A stretch of 64,000 nt of DNA from Phaeosaccion multiseriatum (GCA_965112735.1 OZ218954.1:1-64000), one strand, 5' to 3'. Positions 49,445-63,913 are shown, counted from the first letter of the stretch. A program made the numbers and translations. Notes: generated from the letters alone by a model not told the origin.

Positions 49445-51660
49445 GCAAGCCTTGCCCATCCGTTGCCATCCCCTGCAATCCACCCGGCTCTATTCTGTGC
49501 AAGTAGGCTCTCATCTTATATACGAGGAGGCATCTCTCTCTCTGCCACCCTCTGGTGTGTGAGCAGTCATCTCTCCCTTTGGTGTGTGAGTACTCTTTGG
49601 TGTGTGAGCAGTCATCTCTCTCCTTCGTGAGCTCACGTTTAGTAGGGGCTGAGAGAGAGAGAGCCTGTGTGCTCCGAAAGATGGGTCGAGATTCATTCTG
49701 AATACTCTTTCCCCGTCGAGCGTGGGCACTATTTTGAATAGAGCTCGACTTTGTATGGTGCGCTTCGAATATATACTTGCCCCTGCACTGCCATCCACTC
49801 CACCGTGCTCCCCTGCCGCTCTGCCAGTCAAGTCATTGGTGCATGGCAGTGAATGGTACTCTTCCAGTGGATGGGCTCTCAAGTATCGGGGGGGGATGGC
49901 AGTGGATGGAAGTGGAGGGGAGAGAGGGTCGGAGAGGAGACGCCAGTACACGGAAGCAAAACACGAGGGGAGGAATGGATAAGAGGTACTCATCAAAAAA
50001 ACACACGTAGTAGTACGTAGTACTCGGAGGAAGAGGCGGATCATGAGGTTTGCGTACGTCACGAATCGTTATATATTTCTGTGCTTTGCGTAAGACACAT
50101 TAATGTATGCAATATGCATGCATTGTGTATGCATGTGTCTGTATGTGTTCGTCTGTACGACGCCTTCCTACATGCCACGGGTGCATGTGGCTCCCTTGCT
50201 TCTTACTTACTCCTACGTGTGTGCGTACTTGTGTATCACCTTTTGCTCTGTCTATCACCAGTGTACCCCACTGACTCCTATGTGTGTGCGTAGTTGCGTA
50301 TCACCAACTGCTCTACCACCAGCTTCTGAAGCCATCTTTGCCATGGTCCGCCTTGTCGCTGCTGTGTTTCTTTCCTTTGCTGTGCTTCTTGCCTTTGCTG
50401 TGCTTCTTTCCACCTGCCAGCAGAGTGACAGCAGACGACAGTCGACGGAGAGGGAGGGAGGGTTTTTGAGATGGATGTGGAGAGGGGGGGGGGCATTTGA
50501 TGGCAGTGGATGGCAATGGATGGAGAGGGGGGGGACACTGAGACAAGCCGTAGGCGGAAGCGTATTTTGATGGCAGTGGATGGATGTCGGTTGAAATGGC
50601 GTCGCCTCATTCGCTCGCTCGCTCCCTCACTTCCTTTCTATTCACTCACTCACTCCCTCAGTCCGCTAATCAATCACTCACTCACTGCTTGACTCACTCA
50701 CTCACCCACTCATTCATTCACTCCCTCAACCATTCGGACGCAGCTCGCTCTAGAATATAACTAAACCATTCACTCATTCATGAATCCACAAACTCAACCC
50801 AACCCCTCAATCACTCACTCACTCACTCACTCACTCACTGACTTATTCATTGGCTCACACACTGATTGTCTCACGAACTCACGGGCTCACGCACCCCCCC
50901 TCACTCCCTGACTGACTTGCTCACTCACACACGCACACACACACACTCCTTCGCTCTCTCCCTCGGCTACTGTAGCGAGGCCCTAGCGAGGCCCTCACTC
51001 CCTCCTTCAGACGCTCACTTCGCTTTGTTTTGTATTCCGTCCGTCACTTACTCACTCACGCAACTCTCACCCTCACTCACTTCGCTCAGGCATTCAGCCT
51101 GTCACTCCCGCACAGTCAGTCACCCCCTCACTAAGGAGACAACCTCACTCAAACTCAAGTAGCACCTCTCCCCCACTCCCTCACTCACTCTCATGCCTTC
51201 ACTCTCACTCGCTCCCTCACTCACTTAATCAGTTTTCTCCCACTCACTCCCTCCTCACACTCACTCAAATCACTCAACTCCTTCACTCACTCACCCTTGG
51301 ATTTCTTCCCCTTGCTGGAGTCATTGCCCCCCTTGCTCTTCTTGCCTCCTGCAGGTATATGGGAAATATGAAATATGGATAAAAGGATGGTCGTGGATGA
51401 GAGGGTCGGTTGCTCAGTTCACACAGGGAGACACGTTCACACAGCGAGACACGCACACCCCCACTCACTTACTCTATTATTCACACGCTCACTCACTCGC
51501 TCCCCTCCCTCAGGTAATACATAGTCAACAAGTCACCCACCTCACGACACACCCGTTTCTCTCACCCACTCCTTTGTTTCATACACCCATCCACTCTAAC
51601 GTACTCCCTCCCCTCCCCTCCCCTCCCCTCCCCTCCCTTCCCCTCCCTTGCCTCTCCCAG

Positions 51661-52612
51661 TCACGCACCGTTCTTCTTCCCCTTGCCCTTGCCCTCGCTT
51701 CCCTTGCTGCCGCTGTCGTCCCTGCTGGCAGCCGGCACCGGCTTGGACCAGTGGTACTGAGGGGCGATATGCCAAGTGCTGGAAGGGTGCGGGACCGCAG
51801 CTGCGTGCTGACTGACAGCACCCGGGGACGGAGAGTTCCACTTCGAGGCACCTCCTCCTCCTCCGTGCTTGGACCAGGAGGCGCCTTTGTTGGAGTTCCC
51901 GTCCTTGGACTTGGACGCAGACCACGACCACGATCCCGAGTTGCTCTTGCTGTTCTTGGACTTCATCGACTTGCCGGACTTTCCCTTGCCCTTACCCTTG
52001 TCACCTCCTTCTCCTCCCTTTCCCTTTCCCTTTCCTCCTCCTCCGTGCTTGCTCTTGTCGGAGTCCCCTCCGTCGCTGCTGGAGCTCGCGGCCTTCCACT
52101 AGCCGAGACAACATGACACAAGCGGGAGGGAGGGAGGGAGGGAGGGAGGGAGGTGGGGAATGAAGTGAGCAATAGGACCGATGCAGAGTGCGCGAGAGAG
52201 GTGAAGGGGGGAGGAGCAAAGGGTGGAGGGAGGGAGGGAGGGAGGGAGGGAGGGAGGGAGGGAGGGAGGGAGGGAGGGAGGGAGGGAGGGAGGGAGGGAG
52301 GGAGGGAGGGAGGGAGGGAGGGAGGGAGGGAGGGAGGGAGGGAGGGAGGGAGGGAGGGAGGGAGGGAGGGAGGGAGGGAGGGAGGGAGGGAGGGAGGGAG
52401 GGAGGGAGGGAGGGAGGGAGGGAGGGAGGGACGGATGGAGGGAGGGAGGAAGGGACGGAGGGACGGATGGAGGGAGGGAGGAAGGGACGGAGGGAGGAAG
52501 ATGGAAGGAAGGAAGGAAGGAAGGAAGGAAGGAAGGAAGGAAGGAAGGAAGGAAGGAAGGAAGGAAGGAAGGAAGGAAGGAAGGAAGGAAGGGAGGGAGG
52601 AAGAAAGAATGA

Positions 52613-52656
<44 letters not shown>

Positions 52657-54169
52657 ATGAATGAAAGAAAGAAAGAAAGGAAGAGAGAAAGGAAGGAAGG
52701 AAGGAAGGAAGGAAGGAAGGAAGGAAGGCAGTGAATGGCAGCCCAATAGCCCTTACCTTAGTGACGGGTGCCCTGGTGGGCCAGGGAGTGTGCACGGGGG
52801 CCTGAGCAGAGCAACGCAAAGGCAAAGCACGGCAGAGGATGGCAGTGGATGTGGTGGGTTAGTGAGACGGCCAGAAACACACACAGGGAGCGTTGCAGCA
52901 CACTCTTAGTGGGTGGTAGTACGGCAGTGAATGGCACTGGATGGCAGTGGATGGAAGGGGGTCATAGGCATGCTCACGTACATAGACGGGGGCCTTGGTC
53001 CAGGACGGCGAAGGGGCAGGGGCGGGGTCCTCGCTCTTTTCTCCGGGCGATTCACTCTTGCCCATGCCCTTCCCCTTGCTCATGCTCTTGCCCATACCCA
53101 TACTCTTGCCCATGTCCTTGCCCTTGTTGTCTACATCGGAGGAGGAGTCAGCCTTTTTGTTCGCGTTTTTGCCTGAAGGGGGACAGAGGAGGCACAATGT
53201 ATGGAGGGGCGGATGGGGAGTATTGGGAGAGAGAGGGAGGAGGGGTAGATATTCATTGACTCTATAGCAGGAGGGGTGAATACATTCATTGACTCTATAG
53301 CAGGAGGGGTGAATACATTCATTGACTCTATAGGAGGAGGGGTGAATACATTCATTGACTCTATAGGAGGAGGGGTGAATACATTCATTGACTCTATAGG
53401 AGGGGTGCAGTAGTGATGAGAGACGAGAGGAAGGAAGGAGGAATAAACAGAGTGAATGGAACGAAGGGGCAATGGAATGAATGGACAGTGGAATGAATAA
53501 ACACCGAATGCAAAGACGAGCACACGCACAACGTATCGCGGCGAGTTGAGCAGGGACAGGAGAGGAGGGAGGTTGGAGAGAGAGGAAGAGGGAGTCGGGC
53601 CACAGAGAGGGGCGGGTCGGAGAGTTGTGAAGCAAGGCCGACTGCACAGTGCCATAGACAGAGTTTAGAAGGACCTGCTAATCGGCACACGTAGCCAGAG
53701 TGGCGCTCTGGCTGGCCTCTCGACAGTGAGTGTGGTGCAAGGGGCCAGAATTCGTCCCATACCTATCGACAGACAGACAAGAAAGACCCACAAGAGAGAT
53801 CGGCGCCACCTCCTCTTTCCAGTCACTGATCCAGTCCAGCCCTTCGCTACACAACTCACCCGAGGACTTGCTGCCCTTGCTCTTTTTGCCGCCCTTGCCC
53901 TTCGCGCCCTTGCTCTTGGAGGTCTTCCCGCCCTTGCTCTTGCTCGTCCCGCCATCACTCTTCCCGTCGCCCTCAGAGCCCTTGCTGCTGCCCGATGTGA
54001 AGTCTACCAAGGCGATGGGGGCGGGGACAGAGTCCGTCCAGACCTTCAGATCCCTTCGCCTCTCGTTCCTGTCGAGAGCATCATTGCTGTCTCCTTCAGC
54101 GGCCGATCCGAGGGCGAGGGTGAGGGCGATGCCCAGCGCGATGGCACCCACGCGGGTGGAGATCGGCAT
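51661..54169 (-). CDS. Secreted Lys/Ser/Gly-rich low-complexity protein (silaffin/cingulin-like composition), ~4 exons
   Basis: Signal peptide and RRRDLK. Exons ~54169-53860, 53172-52982, ~52801-52757 and ~52098-51661 are joined by GT-AG introns. Rich in KSK/KGK repeats with PxW motifs. Confidence 0.7.
52226..52730. repeat. Compound (GGGA)n-(GGAA)n-(GAAA)n microsatellite in intron
   Basis: Pure-purine graded tetranucleotide run. Confidence 0.95.
53248..53407. repeat. 33-bp intronic minisatellite
   Basis: TACATTCATTGACTCTATAGSAGGAGGGGTGAA in about 5 copies with no spacers. Confidence 0.9.
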
Positions 54170-54987
54170 GGTTGACAAGGGAGGGAGAGAAACTTGGCTT
54201 TCTCAAGAGAAGGGAGAAGGAAAGGGGGCCGCCTTTCCATTTCTCCCGCCAGAGCTCTCAAAATCGATCCAAAATCTCGGGTGGAAAAATTAAAAAAATG
54301 GCAGCCGATGGCGGATGCCATTGACAACTTCTTCCATGCCCCCCTCCCCCTTCTGCTCCTTCCTCCTCCTCCTACTCAGCAAGACAGCAGAAGAATGAGG
54401 GTAGGGGGGTGGTGCACCGACACCGAGACGAAGAGAGCAGCATCACCGCAGAGAATAGCAGCAGAGGAATCATCATCAAGAAAGATCCAGCTGGCCAGGA
54501 GGCAAAGGAAGGAGGCGCGCGAAGCAAGAGCGCCATGCTGGACTGTCGACACATAGACAAGAATAACCCCCTTTCCTGACTGTATGCCCTCTCTCCTCTC
54601 TCTCATTACGTCTCCCTCTCGCTGCTCTCCCTTCCCCCGCACCACCTCCCCCCCCTCTCTCGTTCCCCCTTTCCCCCCTTCTCTCCCTGTGTCTCTCGAT
54701 CACCCTCTCTCTCTCCCTCTCTGCTCCCTCCCCCCCCCTTCTATCTCTGCAATTCTACCAGTCTCCCGTTCTCTCTTCCTCTGTCTTTCCAAGATTTTGC
54801 CTGCAGGTACAAAACATACGTCACACCCATTGGAACCCTGAAGCAGCTTCAACCTTGGCAAATGGTCTCAACCACACATCATACGAGGGGAGGGGAGTCA
54901 GTTCGTAACACCATACGAGGGGAGGGGAGATCGCAACATTGTAAGCATCAGCCGTCACGTCTCCGCTCCCACCCATCACATGGTAAG

Positions 54988-55052
<65 letters not shown>

Positions 55053-55783
55053 TGTGTATGTGTGCCCCGTGCCCCGCTCGCACTCTGCTCGTTTGCTTCA
55101 CCTCCAATCTCCACTCTAGGGCTTTCTTCTTACATGTAGTCTTTCCTTCAATCCGTCAGTCATACGTGCGTTCGATTCGAAGCCTTGCCCACTGTCCATC
55201 AATCCACCTTTTCATTGTCAGTCAACATGCTCTATCCTCTGTTCAAGAGAGAGTTTGTCCTTGAAATGCACGCACGGGTGTTTGCGGCACAGTGGCGCTG
55301 CGAAGCGTGACTGTCGCTTCAATTCCCCTCCTGTACACAGGGGTGGGAGGTCGAAAGTGAAGGGTGTGCCCTACCCCTCGCAGACCCTCTTGTTGCCACA
55401 GCAACTGTAGCCTCAAGATGCCTGCCCGACCTTTCCCCAAGGCGGGCCGGTATAAAATGGCAGCCACATCATCCATCTACACGTGTAGGCATATCTCTTC
55501 TCACTATCTCCCTCTCCCTCTCTCTCCCACACACACTCCGACTGTCCTCTCCATTGCCCCAGTGTCCTCCCCGCATACCTCTGACCTACCCTGCTCCTCG
55601 CCCCTCCCCTCCTCTTCCCTCGCTCATGTGCCGGTCTATTGGTCTCTTCGGATGTTGGGAATACGTGAGCAGTTGTGGGCAGCTGTGAGCAGCGCTATAG
55701 GGCCACACGGACCTTCTCTGGCACGCTCCTTTGGTCCAAGGTACAAGTAAGTAGCAGCAAAGGGGCCGTAAGCCCTCAACCCT

Positions 55784-55888
55784 CACTACAAGGCCAAGGC
55801 ACTACAAGGCCAAGGCACTACAAGGCCAAGGCACTACAAGGCCAAGGCACTACAAGGCCAAGGCACTACAAGGCCAAGGCACTACAAG
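55784..55888. repeat. 16-bp tandem repeat
   Basis: CACTACAAGGCCAAGG in about 6.5 copies. Confidence 0.9.
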
Positions 55889-56804
55889 TAGCCAAGTGGG
55901 GACGGACGCGGAGCCGAGCAGTGTGTGTGTGTGGGGGGGGGGGGGGGTAAGTGTTGCGATAGCCCAAGAACGTGACATTGGAGGTCGAAATGAAGGCCAA
56001 TGACGTAGAGGAATACGTGAAGTTCGAGAAAGGGGTCCGGACTCACGTGGAGGGCGAAGGGTTTCTTGACGGACAGCAGCAACCTTCCCACGGGAGACGA
56101 TTCGCCAAAGGACTCACAGTATGCCCTAACTTTCCGACCAAAAAAAGAACCCGCCTGTGTGTGGCCGACCACCCTTGTAGAACCAGCTAGCTGTGAAGGG
56201 GCGTGACAGCTGTCGTGTTGCGATATCCCCTCTACAGAAACAGTGACAGGCCAAGTAGTGTCAACCCTTGATTGTTATATGTTATATACCTATTGAGAGA
56301 TACGTCTTAAAGAAGTGGTGGCGTTGGTCACGCATGTACATCGATCGATATTGACATCAATATTCTACGTCGATTTAGTGCTCAGTCACAAAAGTCGATA
56401 TCTATCGTAACAGTAGGTGGGTGGGTTTAGGTATTTGCATGTGTGCATCTCTGTTTGAGTTTGTGTGTGGGTCTGTGTGAGTGTGAATGTGTGTCCTGAC
56501 ACTCGTGCGAGTGTGTGTACGGAGGAAAGGGAAGGAGGGAAGGTGCGGAAGCTTCCTGCCTTTTCCACTTGTGCAACTTATGTAATATACTTCACTTTGT
56601 ACTCATTTGCTGATGCATTTGATGCAAAGGCCATGCATTGATCGGGCCCCTCGTCCGAGCTTCTCTCTCTTTCTTTCTCTCTCTGAGTGAGGGGGCGGTG
56701 CACTGAAAAGCCACAGTCAGAGCGCAGGTGTGAGGGGACGGGGGGGAGAGAGTCAGAGCGAAGAGATACTTTATTGACTTAATAGGAATCACCTGTGAAT
56801 GTGA

Positions 56805-56832
56805 GTGTGTGTGTGTATGTGTGTGTGTGTGG

Positions 56833-56927
<95 letters not shown>
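56805..56927. repeat. (GT)n microsatellite
   Basis: Dinucleotide run. Confidence 0.95.
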
Positions 56928-56930
<3 letters not shown>

Positions 56931-57156
56931 GTATCGCTGTGTCTCCGGGGCCCTCGAGGGGCCGGTTACTCCCCCTCTAGGGCGGGGAGGGGGAGTGCAG
57001 GAGAGAGTGAAGGAAGAAGAAGTAGAAGACAGGGGCATTTATTGACTTAAGAAATCCACGAAGGGTTTCCGCGCCAGCGTTTTGAGGGACAAACGTTTGT
57101 CCATCGATGACCGACCCACATCATATAAAATTACTTTCCCTCCCCACCGCTTAGCA

Positions 57157-60100
57157 ATGGATCGAACAAGCTCCCTGGCCGTGACGATGATGCTCGCCAT
57201 CCTTGGTGGAAGCAGTCGCGCTGCGCTGGCCTTTGTTGCGCCTTGCGCTAGCGGGCTCATTAGCAGCAGCACCAGCAGGAGCATCCTTGCCAGCAGCAGC
57301 AGCAGCAGGTGTGTGAGTGCTAGAGTGCTGAATGTGTGTGTGGGGGGGGGGGCGAGTGCATACGTTTGCTCCCTCCCTCGTGTCCAGTCTCTTTCTGCCC
57401 TTCCTTTGTCCTGTCGCCTCTTCTCCCTTTGGACGTTTGTTTCTGTCGCTCTCTGCTGTACAGGGCCTCTCTCTCTCTTCTCTCTCCCTCTCTCTCTCTC
57501 CCAACTCATGCGATGGATGGTGCTTGTGTCGAACAGAGGGCCTACTTTCTTGTACAGCAATCCTTCCTGCCTGCCTGCCTCCCTCTGCTCCTCCGTCTCC
57601 TTCCTCCTTGCGCTCTCTCTCCCCACTCTGTCTCTCTCCCTTCCTTGTGTTTGTCCTTTTACGCCTCCTTCCTCCCTCCCTCCCTTCTGCTGCTTCTGTT
57701 CGGCTGTGTCTAACAGTCCTAATCTCAACACCTTCCCCATGTACAGCAGCAGTCATCTCTCCCTTACCTTCTCTCTCATGCCCCCCTCTCTCACCTCCCT
57801 CCCTACCTCTCGCCCTCCGTCTCTCCCTGCCTGCCTCCCTCCCTCCCTCCCTCCCTCGCCCCCGTCAGTAGAGCAGCAGCAGCAGACCAGGCAGGAGGAG
57901 GGGGCGTGCGGCGATTCCAGCGCAGTGTGACAGCGCGGATGGCAGCTGATGGCGATGCCGTGAGCGATGACGACTTCAATGCAGACCTCTCCACCAAGGT
58001 GTGAGGCACTGATAGGATGGCAGTTGATGGGAATGAGAGAGAGGGGATGGAAGTGGATGGAGGAAGGGAGAGGAGAGAGGGAGGGATGGCACTTGATAGA
58101 TAGAGGGAGAAGGAGAATGTGAGTGACCAAGTGACTTCCTCTTCCACCCTTTCCCTCCATCCACTGCCATCCACTGCCATCCACTGCCCCTTCCTCCACA
58201 GACGGCGTTCCTCTTCCCCGGGCAGGGAGCTCAGTATGTGGGCATGGCCTCCACCATCTGTGACGAGGTTTGTGTACGTGCAATGTGTAATGTATAGCAA
58301 CACTAGCACTAATATCGAGGTGCGCTACTTTTAAACAGGTGCCCAGAGCGAAGGAGATGTTCGATACCGCCAAGGAGATCCTGGGGTACGACTTGCTGGA
58401 CAGGTGAGGGTTTAGGGTTAACGATAACAACTGATAGCGTTGTGAGGGCTCTTAACGATGACAAGTGAGAGCGTTGTCGTTACTTGTTAACAGCCATTCG
58501 CTTGCTCTGTGTAGGTAAGGTACTGACCTTTCTCTCCTCTTACCCAAACTCTTCCTCTCTTTCTACATTCATGTGATTCATTCATGCACTCACAGATGCC
58601 AAAATGGCCCCAAGGAGCTGCTGGACAGCACCGTAAGTCAGCGAATGAAACGAACGCAGAGCCCTTCCTCAGGCTTCTTCAGAGGATGAGGGAGGGGGGG
58701 GGGTTCAGAAGCATATGGGCCGCAAGGAGAGACGCGAATGCCTCCCACCCACCAGGGCCAACTCCCCTCTCTCTCCCTTTGCTGTTCAGAGCGAAGTACC
58801 TGACTTACTGACTTATGGTCTTTCAGACTGTGCGTGTGCATGACCATCCTTCGTGCACATGCACTACCAACGTGCCAACCCCCTCTGTATATGCTTCCCC
58901 TCCCCTCTCCCCTGTTGCCTCTGTCTTTTCCCTCTCGTTCACCCCTCCGCCACCACTGTTTTGTGGCCTGTGACTGACCACCTGCTGCACCTCAGGAGGT
59001 GAGCCAGCCCGCCATCTTCGTGTGCTCCATGGCCGCGGTGGAGAAGCTGCGGATGGAGCTTGGGGAGGACGTCATTCAATCCGCCACGTGTGCGGTGGGG
59101 CTGTCTCTGGGGGAGTACTCGGTGAGTGCGAGATTACATGGGCATGTTGGTAGTACAGCTACCATACCTCTACCCCCCCCCCGTCTCGGCTCCCCTCTCC
59201 TTTATCTTAAACCGCCTCCACTGCCATCTGTGAATGAATGAATACCTTACCCATGTACTTCCATGACTCATTAGGCGCTTTGCTTCGCCGGAGCGATGAG
59301 CTTTGAAGACGGCGTCAAGGTGACGAAGGCACGCGGAGAGGCCATGCAGGTGAGTCGCAGTTTCAGGGTCCTCGCCCTCACCGACTCTCACCTCGAGCGA
59401 ACTGAATGTGTCCATGAATTAGGCTGCTACTGATGTCAATGAATTAAATATGCCAATGAACTAGGCTGCTTCGGACGCCACGGACGGGGGCATGGTGAGC
59501 GTTATTGGCCTCGACTCCGACAAGGTACGACTACGGCACCCACCTAACGACATCCCTTACGCGACCCTTACGTAGCTGACCCCACTCTGCATGAATGAGC
59601 GGTCCTCCTCCTGCTGCCGCTGTCGCTGTATCACCACAAACTGACCTACTGCACTATTGGGTGGATGAATGACCAACTGGTGTATCACAGGTGAAGGAGC
59701 TGTGCGTGGCGGCGTCTGAGCAGAGCGGAGAGAGCGTGTCCCTCGCCAACTTCTTGTGTAACGGCAACTACGCGGTGTCAGGATCCAAGAAGGCCTGCGA
59801 CGTCATCGAGCAGGTTAGTCAGAGGGGAGGGGAGAGAGGGAAAGATAAGGGCCGGTGAGAGTGAGGGAGGGAGAAGAAAGAGATTCTTCCTCCGCACATC
59901 TCCTCCACCTCCTCCACCCACTGCCATCCTCACACCTTTGCCCCCCCCCCCCTCCTCCTTCTCTCCATCTGTCCGTCCCCTCTCTGTCGACATTTCAGAT
60001 CGCAAAGCCCGACTTTGGGGCTCGAATGTGCGTGCGCCTTGCCGTGGCGGGGGCGTTCCACACGGAGTTTATGGCTGCGGCAGTGGAGCCCCTCGGAAAG

Positions 60101-60912
60101 GTGAGTTTTAGTTTAGCTTAGTGGGGCAGGGCAGTGACTATATCACCAATTGTTGTACATGCATCAAAACTGTATGCTCTATCTGTATCACAACTGACTG
60201 CTGTATGTACCACCAACAGGTGCTGGACGAGATCTCTATCGTGAAGCCGCGCATCCCCGTGCTGAGCAACGTCGACGTGTTGGGCCACTCCGACCCCAAA
60301 GTCATCAAGGAGAACCTCAAGAAGCAGGTACGTTAGTATGCCAGTGAATCATTCATAAGGCAGTGACAGATCAGGGCTGTACGGCACGCCATCAAAGACA
60401 AGCTCCACAAAGCAAGCACTCCCTCCCTCCCTCCCTCCCTCACTCACTCACTCACTCCCTCACCCACTCACTTACTCCCTCCCTCCCTGTCTGCCTGCCT
60501 CCCTACCTCTTTCCTCCTCCCTTCCCCCCTCCCCACCCACCATTAACCTTGCCGTTAACGCTTACGTGAAGGTGACCAACCCCGTCCGCTGGGAGGAGTC
60601 CATGAAGCTGTTGCTCGACAACGGATTCGAGAAGGGCTTCGAGTGCGGGCCGGGCAAGGTTAGTGGGCACTTAGGGTTACGTTAGTAGGCACTTCCATCT
60701 TCTTCTGTTGTAGTTGTGGTTGTTGTTGTTGTTGTGGTTGTTGCCGCCCGCTCTGCTTGAATGCCTACTTTGGTACTCATGCACTTTCCTCCCCGGCCCC
60801 TCTCTCTCTCTCTGTGTGTGTACTGCTCTGTTGCGGTGCCTGGTGTCAGGTGGTGGCCGGTATCATGAAGAGGATCGACCGCAAGGCCCTCATCGAGGGG
60901 GTCGAGGTCTAG
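57157..60912 (+). CDS. fabD: Plastid malonyl-CoA:ACP transacylase, multi-exon
   Basis: Signal peptide plus ALAFVAP (ASAFAP-like). Exon motifs FLFPGQGAQYVGM, SQPAIF, GLSLGEYS, ANFLCNGNYAVSG, LAVAGAFHT, NPVRWEE, ECGPGKV; stop TAG at 60910. Confidence 0.93.
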
Positions 60913-62454
60913 ACACGCACCTGACACCAGGTACAGAGAGAGGGATGGCAGTGGATGGGGCAGGGAGGAGGGATGGCAGCAGACGCCAGGCATGAAACCG
61001 GATACATCAGTTGTGGGCACGTTTCTCTTCCCTTCTCCCTGTCTGTCTTTGTGTTCCTTCTCCCCTTTCTCTCTTACCCTAGCCCCTCCCCTCTCTCTGC
61101 ATGTCTTTTATCTCCCTCTCCTTCTCTCCCCTCCCTCTCTCTGTGTGTCACTGTCTCCCTCTCCTTCTCTCCCCCTCGCTCTCCTTCTCCCCCTCCTCCT
61201 CTCCGCGCTCTCTCTCTACGCCCCTGTCCATATCTCCTCCAACGCCAGGATTGGAGCGAGCGGCGGAGTACCAACTTTAGCAGCAACAAATGCCAGGGAT
61301 GAGGGGATGAGGAGTGGAAGGAGAGAGGGGGGTAAGCAGCAGCAGAGAGGATGAGGAGGAGGGAGAGCGTCCTTTAGATGGTACAGTAAGTGCAAGTAAG
61401 ATATAGGAAAGCGAATGTTTAATTTATTTAAAATTAAAATTTAATTAGAAACTAAGGCACCATTACATATAGAAGGCCTACCCCGAGCAATGCATGGCAA
61501 AAGATGGCAGAAGATGGCCGGCCCACCCTGTCAGTGACGTGACATGTGACGGGCTCTATCGCGACGGGCTCTATCCTCCTCTCTCTCGGGGCTCTATCCT
61601 CCTCTCTCTCGGGACTTAGCCCCACGCCCTTCCGAGAGAGAGCGGAGCGGAGCAGCGAGTGGAGAGTGGAGAGTGGAGCATTGTGTGGAGCTCCGTGAGA
61701 GCATCATCGGCATCGGTTCTTCCGTGTCATTGTTGATCGGGTCAATCGACCGGAACAGGAACTGGAACTGAAACTGGGCAGGCTAGCTCTGGAACACTGC
61801 AGCCCACGAGCGACGCTCTCCTCTCTCCTCTCTCTGCAGAGGGAAGGTCGATCAGCCCCTTCACCTTCAACTTGTTGGGGTGACGTCAGCGGCCCTGCTA
61901 CCTCCTCTCAGCAGCAGGGGGGTGTTGCTGAAGAGGGTTGAGTCATCCTCGCTCCTCGCTCCTCTCTTCAGCAAAGGCAGGGGCAGGGGCGTGACTCCAC
62001 CCCCATTCACACGCCGCGCCGCTCTTTCAGCCGCGCGTCTCGAGGCTGCCCCGAGGATCGAGGAGCGTTGGAGGGAAGGAGGGACACGCATGCAGCATGC
62101 ACATGCACATGCATACATCATCTTCGCTTGCTTGTGCCTCTGCCCCTCGCCTCTCTTGCCTTGCTCTTGGGGAGGAGAAAGGGTTCTGAGCGTTGTGCCT
62201 CGCTCGGGGTCAAAGTCGGACGCCCCTCTCTGGTGTCTGTGTCTGTCTCCACCTCTGTCGCTGTACCTCGCTGTCCCCCCCTGGCTCATGCAGCGCCATG
62301 AAGTCCTGCTACATCACCAACTCCTCACGACCGCAATGCAATGCAATGCAATACAATGCTGCCCGCCACCCATGCGATGAATGCTCTCTGTTGTAGTGTG
62401 TCTCAAGCGACAGGCAGATGGCAGCACAAGGCCGATGGCACCATAAGGTCCCCC

Positions 62455-63913
62455 TCAGAGCGTGTCCAGTGGCACGTAACGCACGGCGAGCATGAGCCAC
62501 ACCGCCACCACCCCCTCGGGGTATGCGAACACACGCACCCGCAGCGCGAAGCGGGCGTCGTCGCCAACCGTAGCCAAAATGTCCCGACTCACCACATTGC
62601 GCAGCAGCACGAGCAGCATATCCGCGGGAGAGGTTTGCGCACACGCGCTATTGAAGCACGTGGGGAAGCCTTTGAAGCACGAGTGGGAGGGCACCGCCCT
62701 GCGGATCGCGTCCTGAAACTCAAACTGCTGCCCGAATTGCCCCCCCTGGGGTGTGCCATAAATGCGCTCCTGCTCATAGGCCGCGAGGGCGGGGCTGAGG
62801 AGGTATGAGAGCTCCTCGTCCCACACGGTGCTCAAGCTCAGCGGGGGGTCCTGACACCCTCCACTTTGCCCCTGCCCCTGCCCCTGCCCCTCTGCTCGGG
62901 CGGTGCGAATGAGTCTCTTGAGCTCTGCCTCCAGAGCTGCGGCGGCGCCCCTCTCGTCCACCCGGGGGGGCAGCAGAGCCATCAAGAAGCCTGAAGGGGA
63001 GTCGGAAACCCCCTCCTCCCGGGCGCCAAAGGGGAACATGCCCCCCTGGGTAGGACTAGACCCCGGGGGGGTGAGGCCGCGTATTCGGGTCTCGTCCATG
63101 GCCTTCCACAGCTTGGGGTTCCGCAGAGACCCAAAGTGCTACAGGAGGAGGAGGAGGAGGTGGGGAGAGAGAGAGGGTGGGAGGGACAGAGAGAGAGCGG
63201 GGGGGGTAACAAATCAGCGCAGACAGAGGGGGACCTCAGTACTCGACAGTACCCTGACCTTGCGCCATCCACTGCCATCAATCCACCCCTCCATGCGACC
63301 CTCAAGTGCCGGCCTTCCGAAAGTTACGTATGTTACGTACGCACCAGGTTGGGCACTCGATGGTCCCTCTGCTTGGTCGCATAGAAGCTCTCGTGATTGA
63401 ACACGACACACAGCGTCAGGAACGGGTACCCGGGGGGGCAGCGCAGCACCCGCAAGTTGGCTCTCTTCTTGCGGGCCATCTGTGAGTGTCCGCCCTGCCC
63501 ATATGCCTCCTCCTCTTCTTCTTCCTCCTCCTCGTGCTGGTGCCGCTGCTGCTGCTGGTGGTGGTGCTGCTGCTTCTTCTTACTCGTTGCTGCTCCACCT
63601 TTCATGTGCACTTCCCCTGGGTTGGCGGGTCGTGTGTACCTCAGGCCGGTGACTGCGTCCCACAGGGTAACGCTCTTGGGTGTTCCAGGGTGCCCACTTC
63701 CCGAGAGAGTGGCTACCCACGCGTAGGGTTGAGTAGCCTCCTCCTCCTTGCCCCCCGCCCCCCCGGCTTGCTTCGCTCCTCTCCGTCTGCTGCCACCCCC
63801 TCCCCCGCTGGTTGGGGTGCTTGTTGGGTGCTCTTGGGGGGCGCTGCCCAAACACACGTACGTGTCCAGCCCAAAGCCAAGCAGCAAGGAGGCAAGTAGC
63901 AGGGCGTGGTCCT
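62455..63913 (-). CDS. CEP76: Centrosomal protein CEP76, 3' exons (gene continues beyond the window)
   Basis: DHALLLASLLLGFGLDTYVCLG, AWVAT, YPFLTLCVVFNHESFYA, WDEELSYLLSPALAAYE, FKGFP, RVFAYPEGVVAVWLMLA. Confidence 0.85.

Noticed and set aside
53248-53407. 33-bp repeats resembling CRISPR repeat length
   Set aside because: They are directly tandem with no spacers, so an intronic minisatellite.
58405-58420. GGGTTTAGGGTTA telomere-like motif in a FabD intron
   Set aside because: Fewer than two full units, too short to call an interstitial telomere or to establish the telomere unit.
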